Counted from the stretch's first letter, positions 9,352 to 18,305 are shown. The stretch: 64,000 nt of DNA from an uncultured Gemmatimonadales bacterium (GCA_963716255.1 OY970303.1:4928001-4992000), one strand, 5' to 3'. Translations and numbers: made by a program. The notes: generated by a model not told the origin, from the sequence alone.

Positions 9352-9627
9352 ATGACCAGCAAGGCAGCGGAAGGACAGCCGGAGCGCTCGGGGCGCGGCA
9401 ACGAGGAGACCGTCGTCCACATCGACAAGGAGCCGTACAAGGTGACGCGCTCCGAGATGACGGTCCGCGAGCTCCTGGAGCTCGCAGGCGAGGAGCCGTC
9501 GGAGACGAGTCTCGTGCTCCGGCACGGCAACGAGCAGCAGAAGTACGCGAGCCTCAACGAGGTGGTGCCCCTGCGCAACGGGATGCACTTCGTCGTTTAC
9601 CACAACACCCCGACGACGGTGTCCTGA
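9352..9627 (+). CDS. Ubiquitin-like (multiubiquitin-type beta-grasp) protein
   Basis: VVHIDKEPYKV...MTVRELLELAG...LNEVVPLRNGMHFVV; ends PTTVS; TGATG overlap with the E2 gene. Confidence 0.8.
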   Translation: MTSKAAEGQPERSGRGNEETVVHIDKEPYKVTRSEMTVRELLELAGEEPSETSLVLRHGNEQQKYASLNEVVPLRNGMHFVVYHNTPTTVS

Positions 9628-10001
9628 TGTACGGGCCCGAGCGTCTCCTGCGGGACCTGGGGGAGATGGGCCACGAGGTGGAGCGGGTGACCGGCGTGGA
9701 CGGCAACGTCTACGCGGTCATCCGCGGTTTTGTCGTCCCGGTGGGACGGTTCGCGGACCGGGTGATCGACCTGGGGCTGCTGGCCCTCCCGGACTATCCC
9801 CGGAACGTCGGCTCCTCCATCCACGTCCGCGCCACCCCGCAGCTCCTCGAGTACGGCCACGTCCCAAACGTCCGCAACATCATCGTGAGCGGCCTGGGCC
9901 CGGAGTGGCGCTACTGGAGCCACAACTTCGGGTGGGGGACCGGCGAACGGTCCACCCGCCGCCTTCTTTCGCAGGTCAACAGCATCTTCGCCCGTGCCTG
10001 A
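9627..10001 (+). CDS. Prokaryotic E2/UBC-like protein (family E-like)
   Basis: YAVIRGFVVPVGRF...LALPDYP...WRYWSHNFGW; sits between the Ubl and E1 genes; contains no cysteine. Confidence 0.75.
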   Translation: MYGPERLLRDLGEMGHEVERVTGVDGNVYAVIRGFVVPVGRFADRVIDLGLLALPDYPRNVGSSIHVRATPQLLEYGHVPNVRNIIVSGLGPEWRYWSHNFGWGTGERSTRRLLSQVNSIFARA

Positions 10002-11442
10002 GAAAACGCTTCCGCGGCACCTGAGCGTCGCCCTCGCGGGCGACGTGGACGCGGCCATGGCCGCGCACCTGATCCGCGACGACCGGGAGGAGGACCTCCT
10101 CTTCGCGCTGTGGACCCCTTCCGAGGGAGCCTCGCGGCTCACCGCCCTGTTGCACACGCCGCTCTTCCCCCGCGAGGGGGAGCGCCGGCGCCACGGCAAC
10201 GCCAGCTTCAACCCGCAGTACTTCGAGCGCGTCGCGAGCGAGGCCGTGGCCGAGGGCTGCGGCATTGCCTTCCTCCACAGCCACCCTGGGCCCGGCTGGC
10301 AGGGGATGAGCCCGGACGATATCCGCGCGGAGCTCCGGATGGCCAGGGCCGCCCTGGCGCTCACCGACCTGCCCCTGGTGGGGATGACAGTGGGGAGCGA
10401 CGGGACTTGGAGCGCCCGCATGTGGGAGCGCACGGGGCGGAAGCAGTACGAGCGTCGCTGGTGCCGCTCGGTGCGCGTCGCGGGCGAGGTGCTGCGGGTG
10501 AGCTTCGCAGACCGCCTGGTTCACCCTCCCCGGTGGCGGGAGGAGTTCAAGCGCACGGTCACCGTCTGGGGGGAGGAGGCGCACGCCACGCTCGCCCGGC
10601 TGCGGGTGGGGATCGTGGGGCTCGGCAGCGTGGGAAGCATCGTCGCCGAGGCGCTCGCCCGGATGGGGATCGAGCGGTTCGTGCTGATCGACTTCGACGA
10701 GGTCCAGCGCCACAACCTGGACCGGCTGCTCGGGGTGACCCGGCGCGACCTGGGGCGGCTCAAGGTGGACGTGGCCGCCCGGCAGATCCGGCGGGCGGCG
10801 ACCGCCGAGCGGGTGAGCGTCCGCCGCGTGGCCGCCGCCGTCACCGAGGAGGAAGGCTACCGGGCGGCCCTGGACTGCGACGTCGTGTTCTCCTGCGTGG
10901 ACCGGCCGTGGCCGCGCCAGGTGCTCGACCACCTGGCCTACGCACACCTCGTCCCCGTGGTCGACGGGGGAATCCAGGTGCGCTTCAGGCGCGGGAAGTT
11001 CACCGGGGCGGACTGGCAGGTGCAGACGGTGGGGCCGGGGCGGGCCTGCCTGGAGTGCCTGGGGGCGTACGACCGGGGCGACGCCGCCACGGAGCGGGAG
11101 GGGAAGCTGGACGACCCGTCGTACCTGGCGGGGCTTTCGGCCGACCACCGCTTCAAGCGCAACGAGAACGTCTTTCCGTTCAGCGCCAACCTGGCTTCGC
11201 TGGAGGTGCTGCACCTCGCCGCGCTGGCCACCGGCACCCGCGGGATCGAGGCGGGCGTCCAGCGGTTCAGGACGATGCCCGGCGTGCTCGACCACGTGGA
11301 CGCGGCTCCCTGCACGGCGGAGTGCGACATGGCGTCGCTGGTCGGCCAGGGGGACCGGCACTTCACGCTGCACGGCCACGACCACTCGGCCGAAGGGGCG
11401 CGGACCCGCCAGCGGGAAGCCACGCCGTCGGTGGCGGGGTGA
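9994..11442 (+). CDS. JAB/MPN peptidase-E1 (ThiF) fusion
   Basis: JAB: E...FLHSHPG...MSPDD. ThiF: VGIVGLGSVGS, IDFDEVQRHNLDR, SCVDRPWPR, PGRACLEC...CTAEC. Confidence 0.9.
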   Translation: MPEKTLPRHLSVALAGDVDAAMAAHLIRDDREEDLLFALWTPSEGASRLTALLHTPLFPREGERRRHGNASFNPQYFERVASEAVAEGCGIAFLHSHPGPGWQGMSPDDIRAELRMARAALALTDLPLVGMTVGSDGTWSARMWERTGRKQYERRWCRSVRVAGEVLRVSFADRLVHPPRWREEFKRTVTVWGEEAHATLARLRVGIVGLGSVGSIVAEALARMGIERFVLIDFDEVQRHNLDRLLGVTRRDLGRLKVDVAARQIRRAATAERVSVRRVAAAVTEEEGYRAALDCDVVFSCVDRPWPRQVLDHLAYAHLVPVVDGGIQVRFRRGKFTGADWQVQTVGPGRACLECLGAYDRGDAATEREGKLDDPSYLAGLSADHRFKRNENVFPFSANLASLEVLHLAALATGTRGIEAGVQRFRTMPGVLDHVDAAPCTAECDMASLVGQGDRHFTLHGHDHSAEGARTRQREATPSVAG

Positions 11443-11492
11443 GGGCAGCCTCCCCAGCCGCGGAGCAGCGATGCCGCCGGGGGACGCTCGGC

Positions 11493-11521
11493 GCGCACAT
11501 CCACTTCGTCGGCTCCGTTAA
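11493..11521 (+). promoter_or_regulatory. Bipartite motif copy 3 (GCGCACATC-N12-TCCGTTAA)
   Basis: Exact repeat of the 9269 half-sites; upstream of a small RBS-bearing ORF. Confidence 0.65.
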
Positions 11522-11681
11522 AAGGAAGAGATGCCGGTCCCGTCGTGGTAGCGGGATCGATTCCTCTCAGGGACAAACGGGTGCCGTCCGGGAGAGGCTG
11601 TGGCGGGGTGCAGGACTCGTGGACGTGAGCGCCGACCCGTTCGCGGGAAGCAAGTGGCTCCCCAGAACCAAGGAGTGCGGT

Positions 11682-11778
11682 ATGGCAGAAAGTTCCTACC
11701 CGCCCCCGCCGCCGGGGAAGATCCTCATCTTCCGCTGGATCGAACGGGAAGGTGCGTCCGCTGTTCGTGGACGCGTAA
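11682..11778 (+). pseudogene. Small proline-rich ORF, apparently frameshifted
   Basis: RBS AAGGAG; MAESSYPPPPPGKILIFRWI, then in the +1 frame NGKVRPLFVDA-TAA directly before a terminator. Confidence 0.4.
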
Positions 11779-11784
11779 GTCGAT

Positions 11785-11820
11785 CGGGCCGGAGCCTTCG
11801 GGTACCGGCCCGCTTCTTTT
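11785..11820 (+). terminator. Intrinsic terminator
   Basis: CGGGCCGG-agcc-TTCG-ggta-CCGGCCCG-cttctttt. Confidence 0.7.
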
Positions 11821-11841
11821 CCAGAAGACCGCGACGGCTCA

Positions 11842-13281
11842 TCAGCGAAGCTCCACCTGCCAGCGTTCGCGACTACGCTGCACGCCTGCCGCGGCTTCGG
11901 GGTACACGCGTGCCGCGCGCTCCAGCATCTCGATGGCACGCGCGGACAGACGCGGCGCCTCGGACGAAGCAGGCAGGAACGGGGCGGACCAGGCGAGGCG
12001 CGCGGCCAGGTAGTAGTTGGCGGCGGCGGAGAAGGGCCGCTGCCGGTACAGCGCCACCTCGCGACCGCCCAACCGCACCGCCGGTCCGTCCGCCTGCGTC
12101 AGCGCCATCCGCTCGAACGCGGTGACCGCTCCGCGGAGCATGCGGTCCAGCTCCGCGCGCCAGGCGCCCTTCAGGTCGCTCTCCTCCAGCACCTGCACCG
12201 CGTGCGAGAGGGCGAGCAGGTACGCCAGGCCGCGAAGGCTCAGCGCCGCCCCGTCCACCTCCGCCACACGGTCCTCCCTGGCAAGCCCCACCGCCGCCTC
12301 CCGGAAGGCGAGGAATGCCTCCGCGGCCGGTCTCCCCATCTGCGCGTACGCCCACCCCAGCGCCATCACGATGCTCGGCTCGCCGGCGGACAGCGCACGG
12401 GCCTCGCCGTAGTGCGCCACCACCGCGTCCAGGTCGCCCCGCGCCCACGCATCACGGGCGGCAGCGCACCGGCGGGCGACCCGCCGCTGCCGGCGCAGCT
12501 CCGCAACGAGCGTCGCCAGCCGCAGCGCGAAGGCGCCACCGAGCACCGAAGCCGCGAGCTCGGCCGCGTTGAAGGACAGCATCAGCGCCGCCTTGCCGGA
12601 CGTCGCGTACCCCGACTCCACCAGCCAGGCGCCCAAGCGCGCTCCGCCCACGGGGATCGGCACGCCGGTGGGCGTGGTCACGTCCTGCGCCACGTGCTGC
12701 ATCCACACCAGAAGCCCGGGGAGACCGTGCGCCTCGTACAGCTGCTGCGCGGCGTCCAGGTCGTGGCCGTGCTGGAGCCGGTGGACGATCCCACCCCCGC
12801 GGACTCCGCTCCCCGGCACGGTGTCGATCCAGCGGTGGATCGCGTCGCAGTCGCTGCCGAACAGGCGCCGGCTCAGCTCCTGGTGGGGGAGGCCGTCATG
12901 GAAGACGGCGCGGGTTACACCCACGATCTCCCTCTCCCAGACGGTCACGCCCAGTGCGGAGAGCCCCAGGAGCGCATCGGCACGCCAGGCCACGCTGAGC
13001 ATCTCGCGCGGCGGGGCATCCCCCGGGAACGGCGCGAACGAGGGGGAAACGAGGATGAGCCCGGGGATCTCCGCTGCCAGCAGCGCCTGCGCCCGTGCTC
13101 CGGCGCCTTCGAGCGCCTCGCGACTGCGGCTGGCGGCGCGCGCCGCATCCTCCGTGACGCGCCGGCCGACCACGGACGCTCGGCCGGCGAGATCCCCGAG
13201 CAGGCTCCTGCCACGCCCCGGCAGCCCGGGTTCCTCGCTGTCGATCCCGGGCAGAGGCTCGGGGGCGTCGGGCTCCTCCAT
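11842..13281 (-). CDS. Hypothetical membrane-associated protein with an HRLxxGHD / HxxxDxxTxxGxP motif and a TPR-like C-terminus
   Basis: RBS AGGAG before ATG 13281; GGGIVHRLQHGHDL...QHVAQDVTTPTGVPIP; hydrophobic segment followed by helical repeats. Confidence 0.7.
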   Translation of the reverse strand: MEEPDAPEPLPGIDSEEPGLPGRGRSLLGDLAGRASVVGRRVTEDAARAASRSREALEGAGARAQALLAAEIPGLILVSPSFAPFPGDAPPREMLSVAWRADALLGLSALGVTVWEREIVGVTRAVFHDGLPHQELSRRLFGSDCDAIHRWIDTVPGSGVRGGGIVHRLQHGHDLDAAQQLYEAHGLPGLLVWMQHVAQDVTTPTGVPIPVGGARLGAWLVESGYATSGKAALMLSFNAAELAASVLGGAFALRLATLVAELRRQRRVARRCAAARDAWARGDLDAVVAHYGEARALSAGEPSIVMALGWAYAQMGRPAAEAFLAFREAAVGLAREDRVAEVDGAALSLRGLAYLLALSHAVQVLEESDLKGAWRAELDRMLRGAVTAFERMALTQADGPAVRLGGREVALYRQRPFSAAANYYLAARLAWSAPFLPASSEAPRLSARAIEMLERAARVYPEAAAGVQRSRERWQVELR

Positions 13282-13304
13282 CCCACTCCTGTGCGGCAGA
13301 AGGG

Positions 13305-16300
13305 TCAGCTCCCGGCAGGCACCAGGGCCAGCAGCCGCTCCACGTCCACGGGTGTGCAGTGCCCGGCGCGCAGGTCCGGCCCGAGCGCCGCCAGCAACTC
13401 CACCCGCACCACGGTCTCGTCCAGCGGCTCGCGGGCGTCCAGGTAGCCCTCCCGTTCCAGGAACTCCCGGAACGCCGCAATCGCGTCCGCCCGGAAGCGT
13501 GGCAGCTCGTACACCTCCTCCACAAGCCGGTCCGGCCGTCCGCCGTACTCCGGCAGAAGTGCAGCCACCCGGTCCATGAACGTTGCGCTGATCGCTCCCG
13601 AGCGCTCCAGCGCCTCCCGGTCCACCCGCCGCCCCCGCCCGACACGGCGCGACTCCAGCAGCCGGTCCATCGCCCGGCCGAGCGCCTCCAGGCGGGCGTA
13701 CCCGCTCCCGTCCGGTCCGAGCAGCGACACTCCCACGTGCTCCACCATCGTCCGCAGCCCGCCCCACGTTTCCGCTCCAAGCGAGAGCAGGCGGTGCAGC
13801 AGCGCCGGGTCGTCCACCAGGTACCACAGGTGCACCCCGTCCGGGCCGCCGTGATCCAGGTCGACGGGAGGCACCCGGAGGACCGCGCCGTACGTCGCGT
13901 GGTCCATCTCACCCGGCGCCGGCACCGCACCCATGCGCAGCATCCCCGCCGCAGGGCGTGGAAGGTCCACGAACCGCCCGAGCCTGCGGGCCTCGGCCAG
14001 GTCCAGGAGCCGGTGCTCCAGCCCCGAGGTGCCCAGCCGCGCCATCCACCGCTCTGCCTCGTCCAGCCGCGCGGTCAAAAAGAACACCTGGCGCCCGCCG
14101 CGGGCCAGCTCGATCACCGCGTCCATCACCGCCTCGGCGCGCAGGTCGTCGCTGTTCGCCAGCGCCTCGTCCAGGACCAGGGGGAGCTGCACGCCCGTCT
14201 CCATCGTCTCGATGAAGGCGATGCGCACCGAGAGCAGGAGCTGCACCCGCGTCCCGCGCGACAGCTCGTCCAGGGTGCACCCCGTGCCGGACGTCGTGTC
14301 CACCGCCCGGAACTCCGGTGGCGCCGCGTCCGACAGCTCCAGGCGGTAGCGTCCGCGGGTGATCGCCGCGAACAGGGCGCGGGCGCGATGGAACACCGCC
14401 GGCCGGTCGCGGTCCCGCGTCTCCCGCTCCACGTATTCCCGGAGCACCCATCCCGCCGCCGCCGCTTCGTCGCGCTCGCGCTGCTCGCGCAGCGTGGCCT
14501 CCGCGTCGCGCAGCCGCACCAGCGCCTCCTCCACGTCGGTGCGCTCCCGCGCGGCGCGCAGCCGCTCCTCCAGCCGGGTCACCTGCTGCCGCGCGGTCTC
14601 CGCCCGCTCCGCCGCTTCGCGGCTCTCGGCCAGGGCAGCCTCCAAGGCCGGGCGCGGCTGCGCGAGGATCGTGTCGTCGTACTCGGCGGTCTCGGCCAGG
14701 CGGCGGGCCGCGGTGCGGGCGTCCTGCTGCGCGGCGAGGTGCTGGTCCCGCGCCGCCTCGAACGCCGGCAGCATCCTGCACAGCTCTTCCATCCGCCGGT
14801 CGTCGTCGTCCGCCAGACCGGCTCGCGCCAGCAGCATCGCCCGCTCAGCCGCGCAGCGCTCTGCCTCCTCCAGCGCCTCGCCCTGGCGTGTCTGCGCCGC
14901 CTGGAGGGTCAGGCGCGCCTCGCCGTGCGCCTGCTGCCGCGCGCGCAGCGCCTCCAGCGTCCCCGCCACCTCAGCCGCGCTCCCGACCTCTGCCGCCGCG
15001 AAGGGCGCGATCCACCCGCCCAGCTCCGCGGAAGCCTGCGCGTGCTGCTCGGCCGCGGTGCGCAGCGCCGCCTCCGCCCGGCTGACGGCGACCTGCGCCG
15101 CCTGCCACCGGTGCACGCGCTGGCAGAGCCAGGCTACCGCCGCCTCGTCCGCGTCCGGCGCCAGCCCCACGCGCAGCGCGAGCTCCTCCCGCTCGCGGTC
15201 GATCTCGCCCGCCCGCATCTCCTGCGCGGCGCGCCGCCCCTCCGCCACCGCGCGGCGCTCCGCCCGGTGCGCGAGGTGGCGCGCCTCGGCGATCTCCGCT
15301 TCCAGCCGCCCGACCAGCTCCGCGACGGGGTCGGGATCCCACCGCGCCGGCTGCCGCAGCTTCGTCCGCTCGTACTCCGCCTGGAGCTCCGCGCGCCGGC
15401 CGCGCTCGCCCCGCGCCGCCAGCGTCAGCCCCAGCAGCACCAGCGCGGCGAGCAGCAGGGCCCATCCCGCCGGGTGCACCAGCAGCCCGAGCGCGGCGCC
15501 CGCCAGCGCGGCCAGGGCCGCCGCGGCGACGGCCAGCACGCGCACCCGGCCCCCGCCGCTCGCGGCGTCGGGCTGCCGTAGCCACGCGGACAGGGAGTCG
15601 CGGCCGCGCCGGAGCGCATCGGCGTCGGCGGCCGGGCCGTCACCCGCCAGCAGCTCTAGCTCGGCGTGCACGGCGCGCATCGCGGCCCGGTGACGCTCCG
15701 CCTCGCGGGCGAAGCGAAGCAGCTCCTCCACCGCGGGGAGCGCGAGCGCCGCCACATGGTCGTCGCCCACCGCGCCCGCCACGGCGGTCTGCTCGACGCG
15801 GCACTCCTCGCGGGCGCGCTCCAGCTCGCGCTGGAGCCGCAGCCGCGTTTCCTCCAGCTGCCGCAGCCGGTCCATCGCTGCCGACAGGCGCGACAGCGCG
15901 TCGTCGGGGAGCCCCTCCGCCGGGAGGGCCGTGCCGTCGAGCGTCCGCCGCGCGGCCGTCGCTTCCTGCTCCGAGGCGCGTGCGCGGGCATGCGCGGTGT
16001 CCAACGCCTGGCGGAGCGCCCGAAGGCGCTCGGCCTCGTCGCCCTGCAGACCCGCAAGCTCGGGAGGGAAGGCATCGAGCGCTTCACGCGCGGCGTGCTC
16101 CAGGACCGTGGCGTCCATTCGCTCCAGGGCGCGCGACAGCAGCTCCGCGCGCTTCGCGCGGGCCTGGTGCTCCGCCGCCTCGCGCCGCAGTCCGACCAGG
16201 GTCGCCTCGTCGTCGCGCAGCCGCCGTTCCTCCGCGCGCACCTCGTCCAGGCGGGCGCGGGCCGCCCTCAGCGCGACCTGCTGCTTCTGGGCGGTGCCGG

Positions 16301-16757
16301 TGCCCTTCCGGAAGCCCAGCTCGTCGGCCGCGCGGGCCACGTCGAATCCACCCGCCGATTCGTGCAGGATCCGCTCGGCCAGGGACCCGTCCGTCCCGTT
16401 CAGCAGCTCGTGGAGGGAGATCCGATACCGGTCCCGCTCGGTGGCCGGCGGCAGTCCTGCCGGAGCGGGCGAATCCTCCCCGCTGCGCTGGAAGCGCGCG
16501 GCGCCGCCGTCCAGCTCCACCCGCCACTCCTCGCCGCCGAGCTCGAATCTCGCGTCCAGCACCGGGCGCCCGTCCCGCGAGGCCGCCGGCCAGAGCAGGC
16601 GCTCCAGCGCGCCGGCCGTGGTCGTCTTCCCGGAGCCGTTGGGGCCCCACACCACGTTCACCCCCGGCGACGGGTCCTGCAGCTCCCAGCCCCCGTCCGC
16701 GATCCCCGGCATGCGGCGGACGCCGAGGGACCGGAACACGAGCGCCGCGCGGCTCAC
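13305..16757 (-). CDS. YhaN/SbcC/Rad50-like SMC-type ATPase
   Basis: Walker A GPNGSGKTT; long coiled coil with a central hydrophobic hairpin; signature LSRGTRVQLLL; Walker B LVLDEALANSD. Confidence 0.9.
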   Translation of the reverse strand: MSRAALVFRSLGVRRMPGIADGGWELQDPSPGVNVVWGPNGSGKTTTAGALERLLWPAASRDGRPVLDARFELGGEEWRVELDGGAARFQRSGEDSPAPAGLPPATERDRYRISLHELLNGTDGSLAERILHESAGGFDVARAADELGFRKGTGTAQKQQVALRAARARLDEVRAEERRLRDDEATLVGLRREAAEHQARAKRAELLSRALERMDATVLEHAAREALDAFPPELAGLQGDEAERLRALRQALDTAHARARASEQEATAARRTLDGTALPAEGLPDDALSRLSAAMDRLRQLEETRLRLQRELERAREECRVEQTAVAGAVGDDHVAALALPAVEELLRFAREAERHRAAMRAVHAELELLAGDGPAADADALRRGRDSLSAWLRQPDAASGGGRVRVLAVAAAALAALAGAALGLLVHPAGWALLLAALVLLGLTLAARGERGRRAELQAEYERTKLRQPARWDPDPVAELVGRLEAEIAEARHLAHRAERRAVAEGRRAAQEMRAGEIDREREELALRVGLAPDADEAAVAWLCQRVHRWQAAQVAVSRAEAALRTAAEQHAQASAELGGWIAPFAAAEVGSAAEVAGTLEALRARQQAHGEARLTLQAAQTRQGEALEEAERCAAERAMLLARAGLADDDDRRMEELCRMLPAFEAARDQHLAAQQDARTAARRLAETAEYDDTILAQPRPALEAALAESREAAERAETARQQVTRLEERLRAARERTDVEEALVRLRDAEATLREQRERDEAAAAGWVLREYVERETRDRDRPAVFHRARALFAAITRGRYRLELSDAAPPEFRAVDTTSGTGCTLDELSRGTRVQLLLSVRIAFIETMETGVQLPLVLDEALANSDDLRAEAVMDAVIELARGGRQVFFLTARLDEAERWMARLGTSGLEHRLLDLAEARRLGRFVDLPRPAAGMLRMGAVPAPGEMDHATYGAVLRVPPVDLDHGGPDGVHLWYLVDDPALLHRLLSLGAETWGGLRTMVEHVGVSLLGPDGSGYARLEALGRAMDRLLESRRVGRGRRVDREALERSGAISATFMDRVAALLPEYGGRPDRLVEEVYELPRFRADAIAAFREFLEREGYLDAREPLDETVVRVELLAALGPDLRAGHCTPVDVERLLALVPAGS

Positions 16758-18046
16758 GCGGCCTCCTTCTGCGCGAGCAGTGCGTCGATCAGCAGCAGCG
16801 CCTGGCGCCGCGCCAGCTCCCGCAGATCATCCGGGATCGGCGGCCCGTCCGCCGGGCTGGCCAGCGACTGGTACGGCCGCGCCCGCCGCACCTGGGCGGA
16901 GCGCGCGGCGAGGTCGTTCAGGAGCCGCTCCTGCCCGGCGTCGAGCCGCCCGCCCTCCAGCGCGAGGACGAAGCGGGCCAGCACCCCCGGCGCGTCCGCT
17001 CCGCGCGCCAGCTCGTCCAGCTCCACCGCGGGGCGGGTGGCGACCTCCACCCGCTCCACGTGTGCCCTGACGGCGCCGTGCTCCGGGTCCAGCTCAGGCA
17101 GCCGCTCGCGCAGCCGTTCCTCCACGCCGCGGTGCAGCGGGGTGCGCCCGGTCACCCGCACCCGGGCGCTCAGGTGGCGAAGTGGCCCGCATCCCGCCTC
17201 CGCGACGCTCTGCACGTGCGCGCGCACCCCTTCGGCCACGCGCCGGTCCAACTCGTCCCACTCCGCCACGCCGGTGACGTCCACCTCCACTGCGTCGTAG
17301 CGGACGGTGGAGAGCGGGAGGTAGCGTGCCGCGGGTGCCCGGTCCTGCGCCAGCTCCAGCAGCCACGCGCCGTGCGTCCCGGTCTCCCCCGGGTCCAGCG
17401 CCTGCGGGGAGCCCGGGTACAGCAGCGGCGCGGCACCGGGCTGCTCGTGCAGCCGCGGGACGTGCACGTGCCCCAGCAGCCAGCACGACACCGCTGCCGC
17501 GCGCAGCTCGCCGCTCCCCACCGGGGCGTAGGGACTCCCCGGCTGATCCAGGTCCGCGTGAAGCAGCCCGAGCACGGGTACACCGTCACCGGGCAGCGCC
17601 GGGAAGCCACCGGCCAGGGGCGATGCGTGGACGTGCTCCGCCGGAAACGACCATCCCAGCACGTGCAGCGCGGCCTTGCCGTCACGGGGGATCGTCAGCC
17701 CTTCCCAGCACCCGCCGGCACCCAGGAGCCGGAAGCTCTTCCCCAGGCTCGGCGCCAGCGTGGGCAGGACGTCGAAGTCGTGGTTCCCCGCCACCGCGAC
17801 CACGTGGATCCCCGCCGCCGCGAGCCTGCGGACGCCGCGCTCCAGCGGTCCGAATGCCTCGAAGTAGCGATTCTCCCGGTCCACGACGTCGCCGCTGAGC
17901 GCCACCAGGTCCACGCGCTCGTCGATGGCCAGCTCCACCAGGGCACCCCACGCGGCCGTGGCCGAGTGGGCGCGCGCGTCTACGCCGTCCGGGAGGCGCG
18001 ACGAGCGCCGGCCCAGGTGCAGGTCGCCGCTGCAAAGGATCTTCAT
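16754..18046 (-). CDS. YhaO/SbcD/Mre11-like metallophosphoesterase nuclease
   Basis: GDLHLG, SGDVVD, AGNHD, LGHVH, YPGSPQ; GTGA overlap with the ATPase gene. Confidence 0.92.
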   Translation of the reverse strand: MKILCSGDLHLGRRSSRLPDGVDARAHSATAAWGALVELAIDERVDLVALSGDVVDRENRYFEAFGPLERGVRRLAAAGIHVVAVAGNHDFDVLPTLAPSLGKSFRLLGAGGCWEGLTIPRDGKAALHVLGWSFPAEHVHASPLAGGFPALPGDGVPVLGLLHADLDQPGSPYAPVGSGELRAAAVSCWLLGHVHVPRLHEQPGAAPLLYPGSPQALDPGETGTHGAWLLELAQDRAPAARYLPLSTVRYDAVEVDVTGVAEWDELDRRVAEGVRAHVQSVAEAGCGPLRHLSARVRVTGRTPLHRGVEERLRERLPELDPEHGAVRAHVERVEVATRPAVELDELARGADAPGVLARFVLALEGGRLDAGQERLLNDLAARSAQVRRARPYQSLASPADGPPIPDDLRELARRQALLLIDALLAQKEAA

Positions 18047-18305
18047 CAGGGCTTCGGGAGGGTAAAAGAGGAGGGAAACCGCGAGGAGGTCGTCTCGGGG
18101 AAGTTGACGCAGGAAGGTGCATGCACCACGCCATTCACATGAAAGTTAACACTTTCTGCACCCGTGAAAAGGGCTGCGGTGCTCCTGCCGACATGCTCGT
18201 CCGGGATGCTGCCGGGGTAGGGGAAGGAAGCCGGGCTATGCAATGCACCATGCCGGTGAACAACGACCGATCAACCGTCCCTGGTATGCCGATTTTCCGT
18301 GCCGG

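Noticed and set aside
9306..9626. Long N-terminal extension of the E2 ORF (231-aa version)
   Set aside because: It overlaps the Ubl gene and the hairpin; the TGATG-coupled ATG at 9627 is more plausible.
9352..11442. ThiS/MoaD-ThiF cofactor biosynthesis or CBASS Cap2/Cap3
   Set aside because: No GG-ending sulfur carrier or thi/moa genes and no CD-NTase; the E2 is a separate gene and JAB is fused to E1.
13282..13827. N-terminal extension of the 661-aa ORF
   Set aside because: It overlaps the yhaN-like gene; there is a good RBS at ATG 13281.
18141..18158. Imperfect palindrome GAAAGTTAACACTTTC upstream of the yhaO-like gene
   Set aside because: Single copy and no cognate regulator identifiable; not enough support.
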